Source of the DNA: Isurus oxyrinchus
Lineage: Eukaryota
Assembly: GCA_026770705.1 (NCBI GenBank)
Contig: JANJGN010000008.1
Location: 60,946,001 to 61,010,000, forward strand
Length of the DNA: 64,000 bases
Reading direction: 5' to 3'
Positions 12,001-23,456 of the stretch are shown here, one piece after another. Within the stretch, counting starts at the first letter, position 1; the number at the start of each line of letters is the position of its first letter. The position numbers and the translations under genes were made by a program. The notes under the pieces were generated by a model that was not told the DNA's origin, did not search any database, and saw only the letters and a program-made list of their open reading frames with translations.

Positions 12001-13079
12001 GAGTAATGACCTTCAGCTCCTGGAAGACAATCACAGCTTTATCATCGACTGCTGCATCAAAGACTGAAAATACATTGAAGACCTGAGATTTCAATGAACT
12101 TTGGTGATGAAGGAAGGTACAACTAACTTCCTGTAAGACTGTCAGGAAAAGAAGAAGAAATAACTTCCCAATTATATTTTGGGAAGACTGTCTACTTTCT
12201 GTAGGCAGTGGCAAGAGAGCCACATTTCTCTCTGTGTGAAGTTGCTCCACCATGGGCACTAGGGAGAACTGTTGAGAATATGGAGACAAGACAGCTTCAT
12301 CTTCTGTAATGAGAGGAATTTCCTGTAGACGATCAACTTGGGGACAAGATTCCCGTACAGGATTCTGCAGTTTAAGAAGTGCTAAAGATTCTGCTGCAAC
12401 TTCTGTGTTGACCCCCAGCTCTGAAGGGAAGAAGACTTTCGAGTGGGATAGAAATTTTGTACCAATTGACTTTCACCCTGGAAAGGTACCAGCTCTTTAA
12501 CAGCATGATCCTCTATAGACTATAGCTTGAATTCAGGCAAAGCATTCTCTGTGGAAAGTGCTTCATGAACAACAGGAGATAAAGTAGGCAATACATCAAT
12601 AGATTCAGTGGAACTAAGATCTGAATGCTGCTCAGTCACTAAAATCACAGCTGTTTCTTCTAAAAAGACAAAAGAGATGTCATAAGCTGCACACATCAAT
12701 GGTAAAGATGAATCATTCTCTCGGACCTCAATCTTCAAGAGGTCACTCAGTATTGCAAGGGATTCTACCTCATCACTCTCTTGGAAGAACCAATTCAGAT
12801 CCAGTAGGTCTTCATGTGGATGGTCACCAGCTGCTGCAGTGCCTCTGTATCTGCCACCTCTGGCCTTACTTCATGAAGAACTGAGAGATTCATAATTTCC
12901 TTGTCTGCCCTGGGTCTGGTGGATGGTGTCTCTATGAAGGAAAGGAATTTACTGCTGAGTTATAAACTTCCTGAGCTTTTGAAGGCTAAAGTTCCACTGC
13001 TTCTAAATAAAGGTTTGCAGATTGTTGCATGTAAAGCAATGAGCTGTTCAAATGATAAGCATCATCTGTTTTTTCTAGG

Positions 13080-13350
13080 ATTTCTGGATGTAGGCCAACA
13101 TCAACATTCAATAAGAATGTATGTTGTTTGTGAAGAACAGAGAGAATCAATGATTTGTCACCCCTTGAGAGGAACAATAATCCTGCCTTTGATTGGTTGG
13201 TCTATGCCGCCTGGACCTAGTAACTTGATGTCTGATGGATAAAGGGTCGTTAGCTGAAGCTAGGCAAGGTCATCTGCTAAAATGTTAATAGCTGCTCCAG
13301 TACAAATTTTAAAAGAAATATCAAAGCCTTGAACTTGTACTGTAACTGTC
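13080..13350 (-). pseudogene. Retropepsin-like protease domain of element A, catalytic Asp replaced
   Basis: DWTVTVQVQGFDISFKICTGAAINILADD..LYPSDIKLLGPGG..IKG, similar to the Gypsy FKLDTGA..V...L.GPGG..L...G pattern. Confidence 0.65.
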
Positions 13351-13829
13351 CAGTCATCTGAGTTAAGACTTTGGACCCTCTGGGACTGAGCACTCTGAGG
13401 AGCTTGTTGTGCCCTTGAAGGACTGTGGGAAGAAACTTCAGAAGAGGAACGACCTTCAGCACTTGGAAGACAATCACAGCTATATCACCGACTGCTGCAT
13501 CAAAGACTGAAAAGACATTGAACTCCTGAGATTTCAATGAACTTAGATGACGGAGGAAGGAACAACTAACTTCCTGTATCTACTTCCCCTAGGAACCCCA
13601 TAGGGTCATCGTTTTCTGGTCTTTCAATTTCTTGGAAGGAATCCCAGACCGCAAAAACAGTAAAAACTGGGAAATAAGAATACTGATCCTAACTGGTCTT
13701 GTATACCTTAAAATGAAACACCAGTAAAACTGGGGAATAAAAGTACTGATCCGAATTGTTTTTCCTTCTGGGATGTGTTTCATAAATATTTGCAGGTCCG
13801 TGACTTTGATTATAAAATTGTTGAATTAG

Positions 13830-14590
13830 CAGGAAAGCTTGAAATGTCCAGTTTTGCCACACTCGAAGAATTCCGTGACCCCTGCTGGGTTGTCTTAGTG
13901 TCTATGCTGGGATTTTGAGCCACAATGCAAGCATCTCAAAATGGCTGCCAGTGTGGAGTTTCCCACCCTTTCAGTTTGTTTGGTGGGCTTTTGTATAGGT
14001 GAGGCCACTGCCGGTTGGCCTACCCAATCTATGGAGTCATATGAAGACTCAGTGTCAGCACGAATTATAGCCTGAATAATTGCTCTAAACTCGGCCTACC
14101 TCACGTACTGGAATGCTTGATCCTTTGATCTGCAGGAAGTCGGAGAGTTTATCATCCTGAGCACCCATGATTATGCAATCATGGATTAGCTTGTCCTTCA
14201 GCGTCCCATATTTGCAAGAACTAGCAAGGTGATATAGGTCAGTTAGGAATAATTCAGTCAATCCCCCAGATTGTTGTGAGCGCTGGTTAAAACATGCTCC
14301 TTCAATTACTAAATTTTGTTTCAGACTGAAATAGGTGTCAAAGGCTTTAATAATGGAATCAAAATCCGTGGTAGACTTATGCACACTCTGCCTTTAGAGA
14401 GCTTGTCTGCTACCAGACCTACTGCATAAAAAAAGGAACTATCTTGAAGCTTTGGCTCTTCCTCGCAAAGACCTGATGCTGCTCAGTACCAGAGAAAATG
14501 TTGTTTCCATAACTCTCACTGCCGGCCTCTCTGTGGGTCCTTGAGGCAGTCAAACGGGCGGGGCAAGGGCAGGGACTGCTCCCAAGTACA
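13830..14590 (-). pseudogene. Gag of element A
   Basis: LPLPRPFD..WKQHF..Y.AASGL; FDTYFS.KQN.VIE.A.FNQRSQ..G...E.F.TDLY.LA..C.YG.LKD.LI.D.I..G; decayed zinc knuckles CLHCG..H and FECGKTGHFKLSC. Confidence 0.8.
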
Positions 14591-14698
14591 GTCATCGTTA
14601 CCTCTCACCAGTTTGTCTCATTCTTCTGCCAAAATTTCTAGAGCTGCTTTCAAAGGTTTCTTCACTCTGTGGTTCCTCTGTCTTTTAGATTGATGTCT

Positions 14699-14713
14699 CC
14701 ATTGCTGCCACCA
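14699..14713 (-). promoter_or_regulatory. Primer-binding site of element A, probably tRNA-Leu
   Basis: TGGTGGCAGCAATGG immediately 3' of the 5' LTR; resembles the complement of a tRNA-Leu 3' end (TGGTGGCAGCGGTGG). Confidence 0.65.
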
Positions 14714-15168
14714 AGTTCTGAGCTTGAGTCTTTCTGTCTTGGACGTGGTTCTTAGTCAGACTGTAGACATACTATGTTATCTGCTTAACACGTATTTATT
14801 AGTACTACTTCTAAACAGGTTACAGAGTAGGTATGTAGCTCTTAGACATGATTCCAATCTCTCTCTCCCTCTCTGTAGTGATTGTAGGTAAGACATTTCC
14901 TACTGCCTTTAGGGGTTATGTGATTGTACTGAGCGAATGAGCCCTAAGCATGTGTAATCTTAGAAGGCGGAGCTTTCTAGTTGTGGACCTGGTTCTAGCA
15001 TGTAGCTTCTAAAAGAATTCTGTAATAAAGTTATCTTTTTCAAGTAAGTCCAGCACATCAAATTTATTACAACCGGTGACAAGGATAAATAGCTCCGACG
15101 CTGCACTCGCCTTGCGAATGTGCGTCCATCAATTCTTATGGAAAGAAAAAAAAGTATACTCACCAGTC

Positions 15169-18100
15169 ATGCCACTCTTTGGCAGAATCCACCCTTATGA
15201 CTTGTCCATGGAAGACTGGAGCCAGTACATACAGCACCTAGGTTTTTATTTCATGGCAAATGAAATAACAGCGGAGGAGAAGCAGAAAGCAATCCTTTTA
15301 AGTGTCTGTGGTAGAAAGACATATAACCTCATCCATTGTCTGACGGCCCCGAACGCACCCAATTCTAAATCCTTTAATGAGCCGGTAGACCCCGTGAATA
15401 CACATTTTCAGCCGAAGCCATTGGTAATTATGCAGAGGTTCAAGTTCAATTCCAGAGTAAGGGCCCCGGGGGAGTCCATTGCAACTTATATCGCAAAGTT
15501 AAAACAGTTGGCTGAGCACTGCGACTTCGGAGACATACTCAATGACATATTGCAGGACTGGTTGTTTGTGGTGTTCACGACGATGCCATTCAGCGCTGTT
15601 TACTTGCAGAAGTTAACATTAATTTAAAGCGCACCATGGAAATAGCGCTAGCAATGGAGAGCATTGAGAGGGATTCCCAGGCTTTCCAGAGTGTGCAACA
15701 TGGCGCCGTTCTTCAGTTGGGTCTGGAACCTACCAGCTGGTGTGGTGCAAAAACCAGAGAGACAGCCACAAAGTGGGAGACAGTCTCTGCTGCTCAAAAA
15801 ACGAAAAGCCGAGTGGAAGCATCTCAGCAGCAATTCAGAAATCAATCTGTTACCGATGTGGGAGTAACCATGTACAGGAAACCTGCAGACGTAAGGAAGC
15901 AGAATGTCATTACTGCCACAAAAAGGGGCACGTAATAAAGCAATGAAGGGTGAAATTGAGACAGCCAATCAGTCAGCAGACCAAAATAATTGAAGTGCAC
16001 AATATAATTGAACCAGAAGCTGCTGATATTGATATCTATTCCCTATACAATGTCAAAGCAGTAAAAACTGAACCATTCACTGTCACCCTTCAACTGAATG
16101 GAAAGCCTTTAGTCATGGAGGTAGACACAGGAGCCTTGACTACAGTGGTGGGAGAACACACATTTAAGCACCTAAATGAAGGTACCCAGCCACTGAATCT
16201 GGAGGAAACCAGGGCTCAACTGAAGTCATACACTGGAGAGTCAATACAAGTAAACCACATCGCCACAGTGCCAGAGACCTACAAGCAATAGACAGCCCAG
16301 CTTCCAGTGATCATTGTAACAGGTGAAGAACCTAGTCTTCTGGGCCGCAACTGATGATAAAAAATTAAGCTCAACTGGTCAGAAATATTTCAAGTGAGGA
16401 CAGAAGGAATTCCTGACATGTGAAGTGAGTACAATAGCATATTTTGTGATGAACTGAGAAAGATAAAAGGCCTACAAGCAAAAATATATGTAGATTCAGA
16501 GGCGACACCCTGGTTCTTTAAGGCCAGACCTGTGCCTTAAGCCCTAAAGGAGAAGGTGGATGCAGAATTGTGCTGCTTAGAGAAGTTAGGCATAATCCAG
16601 CCAGTTCAATTTTCAGAATGGGCAGCCCCCATAGTCCCTGTGATGAAACCAGATCAAACCATTCGCATTTGTGGAGACTACAAATTAACTGTGAACAAGG
16701 CTGTTAAATTAGATAAATATCCTATCTTGAGGATTGAAGATTTGTACGCTAAGCTCATTGGAGAAAAATTCTACACCACACTGGACATGAGCCATGCATA
16801 CCAACAGTTAGAGCTGGACAGCACATCTATAGGGTATCAATATGCACAAGGGCTTGTACCAATATACATGCCTACCCTTTGATGAGCCATGCATGTGCAA
16901 TCTTCCTAAGGACCATGGAAAGCCTATTGCAAGAACTTTCCCGAGTAGTAGTGTACCTGGATGATGTCCTGATCACAGGGTCAATGGAAGCCAAACATTT
17001 GGCCAAGTTAGAAGAGGTTTTAAGAAGATTTTTGGAAGCTGATGTACAATTGATGAAAGAGAAATATACATTCCAAACTACTGAAGTCACTCCCTTGAGT
17101 CACCGAGTGGATGACCAGGGGTTGCATCCAGTAGAGGAGAAAGTCAGGACAATCAAAGAGGCACCATCTCCGATCAGTGTCACTGAAGTCAAGTCTTTTT
17201 TGGGCATGATAAATTATTACGGTCTCTTCTTGCCAAATTTGTCAACAGTGTTAGCCCTTATACACTTATTATTGAAAAGAACCATTGTTGGTCATGCAAT
17301 ACACAACAAGAAGAAGCCTTCGTGAAAGTCAAGAAACTATTACACTCATCATGTCCTCTAGTACATTATGACCTATCAAAAGAATTAGTATTAACCTGTG
17401 ATGTGTCTCCTTTCAGTGTGGGAGCTGTGTTGTCAAACAGGATGGAAGATGGTTCCGAAAGGCCAATAGGCTATGTCTCCAGAACCCCCTCTGCAGCCGA
17501 GAAGGGTTATTCACAACTTGAAAAGGAAGGTATATCAGTAATATTTGGAGTGAAGAAATTCCATTAGTATCAGCATGGGCGACATTTCACCATAGTGTCG
17601 GACCATAAACCACTAATGGGTTTATTTAATGAAGACAATGCCATTCCGCTGATAGCCTCAGCCAGAATTCAACATTGGGCTTTGATTTTATCAGCATATC
17701 ATTACACCTTTATGCACTGTCCTGGTGTGCATGTTGCAAATGCAGACACCCTCAGTTGTCTTCTGTTACCCAATAGCATTGTACATGCTCCAGTGCTACA
17801 AGAGGTTGTGCTTGTGTTGAATTTATTGGACTCTTTGCTGGTCAGTGTGAAGCAAATAAGGAACTGGACAAACAGGGATCCAATTTTGTCAGAAGTCAAA
17901 GACATTACATTGGCCAGGTATTGCAAGGATGGTCGAACATACCAGTGTCTGAAGAGATAAGACCATTCCATTCCCATAAAACTGAGTTAAGTTGTCAAGA
18001 TGGAATCTTGTTGTGGGATTAAGAGGGATTAAGAGAACCACTCGTGACAGAGCTTCACAGTGCGCATCCAGGCATTTTGAAGATGAAGATGCTTGCGCGA

Positions 18101-19160
18101 AGCTATGTCTGGTGGCCAGGTATAGACGATGATATAGAAAAAATGGTTAAGCACTGTCTCCAGTGTCAGCAACAACAGAAATTGCCCGTTTCAGCTCCAC
18201 TACATCTGTGGGTGTGGCCAGGTCGACCTGGGTTAGATTACATATAGGCTATGTAGGTCCATTTATAGGCACCATGTTTTTATTCATCGATGTGATTCTA
18301 AGTGAATGGATGTGTATGAAGTTACGTCACCGACATCGTGTGCAGCTATTGAAAAGCTGCGCCAATGTTTTAGTATATGCGGCCTACCAGAAGTCATTGT
18401 TTTGGATAATGATACTGCTTTCACAAGTATGGAATTTCAGAGATTCATGAGTTTAAATGGAATTAAGCATATTAAAACAGCACCATATCATTCCTCATCC
18501 AATGGGTTAGCTGAAAGAGCAGTGCAAACTTTCAAATCAGGAATGAAGAAGTTATCCAAACGTACTTTAGAAACTTGAATTTCAGGTTTTCTTCTCAATT
18601 ATCGTATGACTCCTCGTGCAACTATGGGTTCAACACCGTCTGAATTACTGATGAAACACCACCTTTGTGCAAGGTTAAGTTTGGTGTTACCAAACTTAGA
18701 GGGGAAGGTGGAGAAGAATCAGAGTAGTCAGAAATTGAATCACGATATTCATAGCAAAGCTCGAAGATTCACTGTGGGAGATCTAGTTTTCATGCAGAAT
18801 TTTGGAAATGGGCCTGGTGGGGTTCCTGCATAATTGTCTCTGAAACTGGACCTTTGTCATTCCAAGTGGGAGTGGAAGGCTGGATTGTTCGAAAACATGT
18901 GGATCACTGAAGGAGTAGAAAAACATTCCAACAACCAGCTGCTCCACCTGTAATTGATATCGATTCTTTAATCCCTGAGGTGACAGATTGACCTAGAATA
19001 GGCATAGCTGATGTTTCTGCTGAATTACCTAAGCCTGACCTGCCATTGTCTAAGGATGTCCCTGATGCTGCAGTTCCTGATCAGGTCAACCCAGTGAGAA
19101 AATCACAAGTCGTAGAGCTATGCCGATCTAACTGAATTAGAAAACCACCTCAGAGGCTTG
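15169..19160 (+). pseudogene. gag-pol of Gypsy B in PR-RT-RH-IN order
   Basis: Gag MPLFGRI.PYD..EDW.QY; knuckles CYRCG and CHYCHKKGH; PR MEVDTGA; RT SEWAAPIVPV.K..IRICGDYK and YLDDVL; RH LTCD.S...VGAVL and YSQLEKE; IN H..HPG..KMK.LARSYVWWPG, GLPE.IV.DN and SNGLAERAVQTFK; many stops. Confidence 0.92.
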
Positions 19161-22100
19161 GGGCAGAATTTCTCATCTTGTGGGTGGGCATGCACCCGAT
19201 CTGATCGGGAGCGAAATAGTGCGTGATGATATTGGGTGAATGTCCCAATGTCATTGCGCACTCTTGTGATCTTTCAGTCAGCGGGTGCATGTGATAGGTT
19301 GCAGCATGTCTGCTGACAATTAACAGGCTCATTAAGGTCCTTAAGCAATTAATTGATATGCATTTTTTGCTGCCCACTCAAATGTTGGGTTGGCGGGTGG
19401 GCAAATAGGCTAGGCAGCATTTACATTTTTCATGAAGCCTCATAAGACCATAAGACATAGGAGCAGAAATTAGGCCAATCAGCCCATCGAGTCTGCTCCA
19501 CCATTCAATCATGGCTGGTAAGTTTCTCAACCCCATTATCCCGCCTTCTCACTGTAACCCTTTATCCCCTTACCAGTCAAGAACCTATCTATCTCGGTCT
19601 TAAATACACTCAATGACCTGGCCTCCACAGCCTTCTGTGGCAATGAATTCCATAGATTCACCACTCTCTGGCTAAAGAAATTTCTCCTCATCTCTGTTTG
19701 AAAAGGTCTTCCCTTTACTCTGAGGCTGTGCCCTCGGGTCCTAGTCTCTCCTACTAGTGGAAACATCTTCCTCACGTCCACTCTATCCAGGCCTTTCAGT
19801 ATTCTGTAAGTTTCAATCAGATCCCCCCTCATCCTTCTAAACTCCATCGAGTATAGATCCAGAGTCCTCAAACGTTCCTCATATGTTAAGCCTTTCATTC
19901 CTGGGATCATTCTCGTGAACCTTCTCTGGACCCTCTCCAGGGCCAGCACATCCTTCCTGAGATACGGGGCCCAAAATTGCTCACAATATTCTAAATGTTG
20001 TCTGACCAGAGCCTTATAAAGCCGCAGCAGCACATCCCTGCTTTTATATTCTAGTCGTCTCGAAATAAATGCCAACATTGCATTTGCCTTCCTAACTACC
20101 GACTCAACCTGCAAGTTAACCTTAAGAGAATCCTGGACTAGTACTCCCAAGTCCCTTTGCACTCCAGATTTCTGAATTCTCTCCCCATTTAGAAAATAGT
20201 CCATGCCTCTATTCTTCGTACCAAAATGCACAACCTCACACTTGCCCATGTTGTATTCCATCTGCCACTTCTATGTCCATTCTCCTAACCTGTCCAAATC
20301 CTTCTGCAGCCTTCCCGCCTCCTCAATAATACCTGTCCCTCCACCTATCTTTGTATCATCTGCAAACTTAGCCAGGATGCCCTCAGTTCCTTCATGTAGA
20401 TCATTAATGTATAAAGTGAAAATTTGTGGTCCCAACACTGACCCCTGTGGAACTCCCCTAGTCACCGGCCACCATCCTGAGAAGGACCCCCTTATCCCCA
20501 CTCTCTGCCTCCTGCCAGACAGCCAATCTTTTATCCATGCTAATACCTTGCCTCTAGCACCATGGGCTCTTATCTTACTGAGTAGCCTCCTGTGCGGCAC
20601 CTTGTCAAAGGCCTTCTGGAAGTCCAAGTAGATAACATCCATTGGCTCTCCTTTGTCTAACCTACTCGTTACCTCCCCAAAGAATTCTAACAGATTTGTC
20701 AGGCATGACCTCCCCTTGATGAAAGCATGCTGACTTTGCCTGATTTTACCATGAACTTGCAAGTATTCTGAAATCTCATCCTTAATAATGGACTCTAAAA
20801 TCTTACCAACGACTGAGGTCAGGCTAATTGGCCTGTAATTTCCCTTCTTTTGCCTCACTCCCTTCTTAAACAGGGGGGGTTACATTAGTGACTTTCCAGT
20901 CCTTTGGGACCCTCCCTGACTCCAGTGATTCCTGAAAGATCACTACTAACACCTCCACTATCTCTTCAGCTAGCTCCTTCAGAACTCTGGGGTGTAATCC
21001 ATCTGGTCCAGGTGATTTATCCACCTTCAGACCTTTCAGTTTTTGTAGCACCTTCTCCTTGGTAATGGCCACCATACTCATCTCTGCCCCCTGACTCTCT
21101 TGAACTTTGGGGATGTCACTTGTGTCTTCCACTGTGAAGACTGACGCAAAGTACCTATTCATTTCCTCCGCCATTTCTTTGTTCCCCACTACTACTTCTC
21201 CAGCGTCATTTTCCAGCAGCCCAATGTCCACTTTTGCCTCTCTCTTACCTCTTGTATATCTAAAAAAACTCTTGCAATCTTCTTTTATATTACTGGCTAG
21301 TTTACCCTCATATTTAATCTTCTCCCTCCTTATTTCTTTTTTAGTTGTCCTCTGTTGGTCTTTGTAGGGTTCCCAATCCCTTGGTTTCCCACTGCTCTTT
21401 GCCGCATTATATGCTTTCTCTTTAGCTTTTATGCTGTCCCTGACTTCCCTTGTCAGCCATGGTTGCCTGGTCCTCCCTTTAGTATGCTTCTTCTTCCTAG
21501 GGATGAATTTTTGCTGTGTCTCCCAAATTACTCCCAGAAACTCCTGCCATTGCTGTTCCACTGTCTTTCCTGCTAGGCTCATCTCCCAGTCAATTCTGGC
21601 CAGCTCCTCCCTCATGTCTCTGTAGTTGCCTTTATTCAACTGTAATACCGTTACATCTGATTCCAGCTTTTTCCTCTCAAATTGCAGGGTAAATTCTATC
21701 ATATTATGGTCACTTCCTCCTAAGGGTTCCTTTACCTTAAGCTCCCTTATCAAATCTGCCTCATTACACATCACTAAATCTAGAATTGCCTGTTCCCTAG
21801 TGGGCTACACCACAAGCTGCTTCAAAAAGCCATCTCGTAGACATTCCACAAATTCCTTTTCTTGGGATCCAGTACCAACCTGATTTTCCCAGTCTACCTG
21901 CATATTGAATTCCCCTTTGATCACTGTAACCTTGTCTTTCTTACACTCCTTTTCTATCTCCTGGTGTATCTTGTGCCCCACATCCTGACTACTGTTCGGA
22001 TGCCTGTACATAACTCCCATTATGGTTTTTTCACCTGTGCGGTTCCTCAACTCTACCCACACGGATTCTACATCATCTGACCCTACATCATTTTTCGCTA

Positions 22101-23089
22101 TCGAATTAATTTCATTTCTTACTAACAAAGCAACCCCACCCCCTCTGCCAACCTGCCTATCTTTTCGATAGGATGTATATCCTTGGATATTTAGCTCCCA
22201 GTCCTGATCCCCTTGCAGCCATATCTCCGTAATGCCCACCACATCATACCTGCCAATTTCAATCTGCGCCACAAGCTCATTTACCTTATTTCATATACTG
22301 TGTGCATTTAGATACAACACCTTCAGTCCTGTATTTCCCGTCCCCTTTCTCATTGTCATCCCTTTATCTGATGTGCTTGAAGTTAGATTCCTATTTTGTC
22401 CTATTTTGTGTTCTGGAGACTTTAATAGCCTCTCCTGGGCTCTTCTTTCTTTTCAGTTTTTTCATAATTTTCCATGAAGTTGAATCCACCCCCCCCCCCC
22501 ACACGCTAACCTGCTGCTTTGTTTCCCATTAGTCATACTTCTTGGAGTTTTACCCTTCCCTGCCCCTCCCCCCCACCTTCTAGTTTAATGTCCTGTTGAC
22601 TACCCTATTTACCCTTTTCGCTAGAACATTGATCCCATATCGGTTCAGGTGGAGACTGTCCCAATGGTACAGATCCCTCCTGTACCAATACTGATGCCAG
22701 TGCTCCATGAAATGGAACCCCTCTTTACCGCACCTGCTGGCGGGATGAGATTTCCAACAATGACTAAAAGAAAAAGAAATTTTAACATCATATTTTACAT
22801 GTCCCTCTTCATGTAGCTGAGTCACATGTGGGGACATGTTTATATCATTTGTAAAGTTTTTATTTTTGTATTTAAAATTCTTCAGCTCCCTGAGGCAGCT
22901 TTGTGCCTTCAGGGAGCCTTCAGTGCGTGCTCCCCCATGCATGCGCACACGCACGCGCTCCTGCCTCCGCCCCGGCAGTGCTGTATGTTTCAACGTGCCT
23001 TTCATGCTGGCTGGCCATCAATCGCGGGCGGTGGACTGTTACTCCATTGCTCCCGGGCCTGCCCGCCCAACAAAGGGAAAATCTTACCC
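19161..23089 (+). mobile_element. Harbinger-family MITE (19161-19442 plus about 22738-23089) split by a CR1
   Basis: TIRs GGGCAGAATTTC...GAAAATCTTACCC; homologous to the MITE at 62262-62937. Confidence 0.75.
19441..22737 (-). mobile_element. Young 5'-truncated CR1 (HER1-type) LINE with ORF1 C-terminus and near-complete ORF2
   Basis: ORFs 21805-22272 (APE: DVVGITEIWL, YRKDR..GRGGGVAL), 20866-21774, 20271-20858 (RT: YLDFQKAFDKVPH, GVPQGSVLGP, KFADDTK) and 19536-20261; ORF1 end WDSLHLN; tail cttatggtcttatg; only a few lesions. Confidence 0.95.
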
Positions 23090-23456
23090 TAAATCTTTAA
23101 TCGCCTGACCTGAGTATATATGTATATGTAGTGGATTAAGATATTCTTTGTGAACAGGAAATGTAAAAAAATTAAAGGGGGAGGAAATTTATCGATTGTA
23201 GGTATAACCTTTGCTGTTAGGGGGTCATGTGGTTATACTTATGAATAAGCCCTAAGTGCGGGTAATCTTAGGGGTAGAGCTTTCTAGTTATGCACCTGGT
23301 TCAAGCATGTAGCTTCTAAATGAAATCTGTAATAAAGTTATCTGTTTCAATTAAGAAACCTGGCCGATATATCAAGGTTATTACAATGACTGACTAGTGT
23401 CAGTGGTATCTACGCCATACATTAACATATCCATTCTGCTAAGCTTTTATACTACA

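Larger units (their letters stand above)
14874..23385 (+). mobile_element. Gypsy LTR retrotransposon B, complete but decayed, inserted in the 5' LTR of element A
   Basis: LTRs 14874-15071 and 23188-23385 (shared gagctttctagtt..cctggttc..agcatgtagcttctaaa..tctgtaataaagttatct..ttattaca); decayed PBS cGGtGACaAGGAT at about 15074; PPT AAAGGGGGAGG about 23175-23184. Confidence 0.9.
268..23456 (-). mobile_element. Gypsy-type LTR element A (gag plus protease-like domain, no visible RT/IN; about 3.6 kb net of nested insertions)
   Basis: 3' LTR 268-481; 5' LTR 14714-14873 plus 23386-23456; both LTRs start TGTAGTAT on the minus strand; PPT 482-490; PBS 14699-14713; flanks GGAGG (263-267) and GCAGG (23457-23461) form a 5-bp TSD with 1 mismatch. 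Confidence 0.75.

Noticed and set aside
14869-23390. TSD for Gypsy B
   Set aside because: Flanks (CTCTC / ATGAC) do not match; the left flank is a CT microsatellite, so no TSD is claimed.
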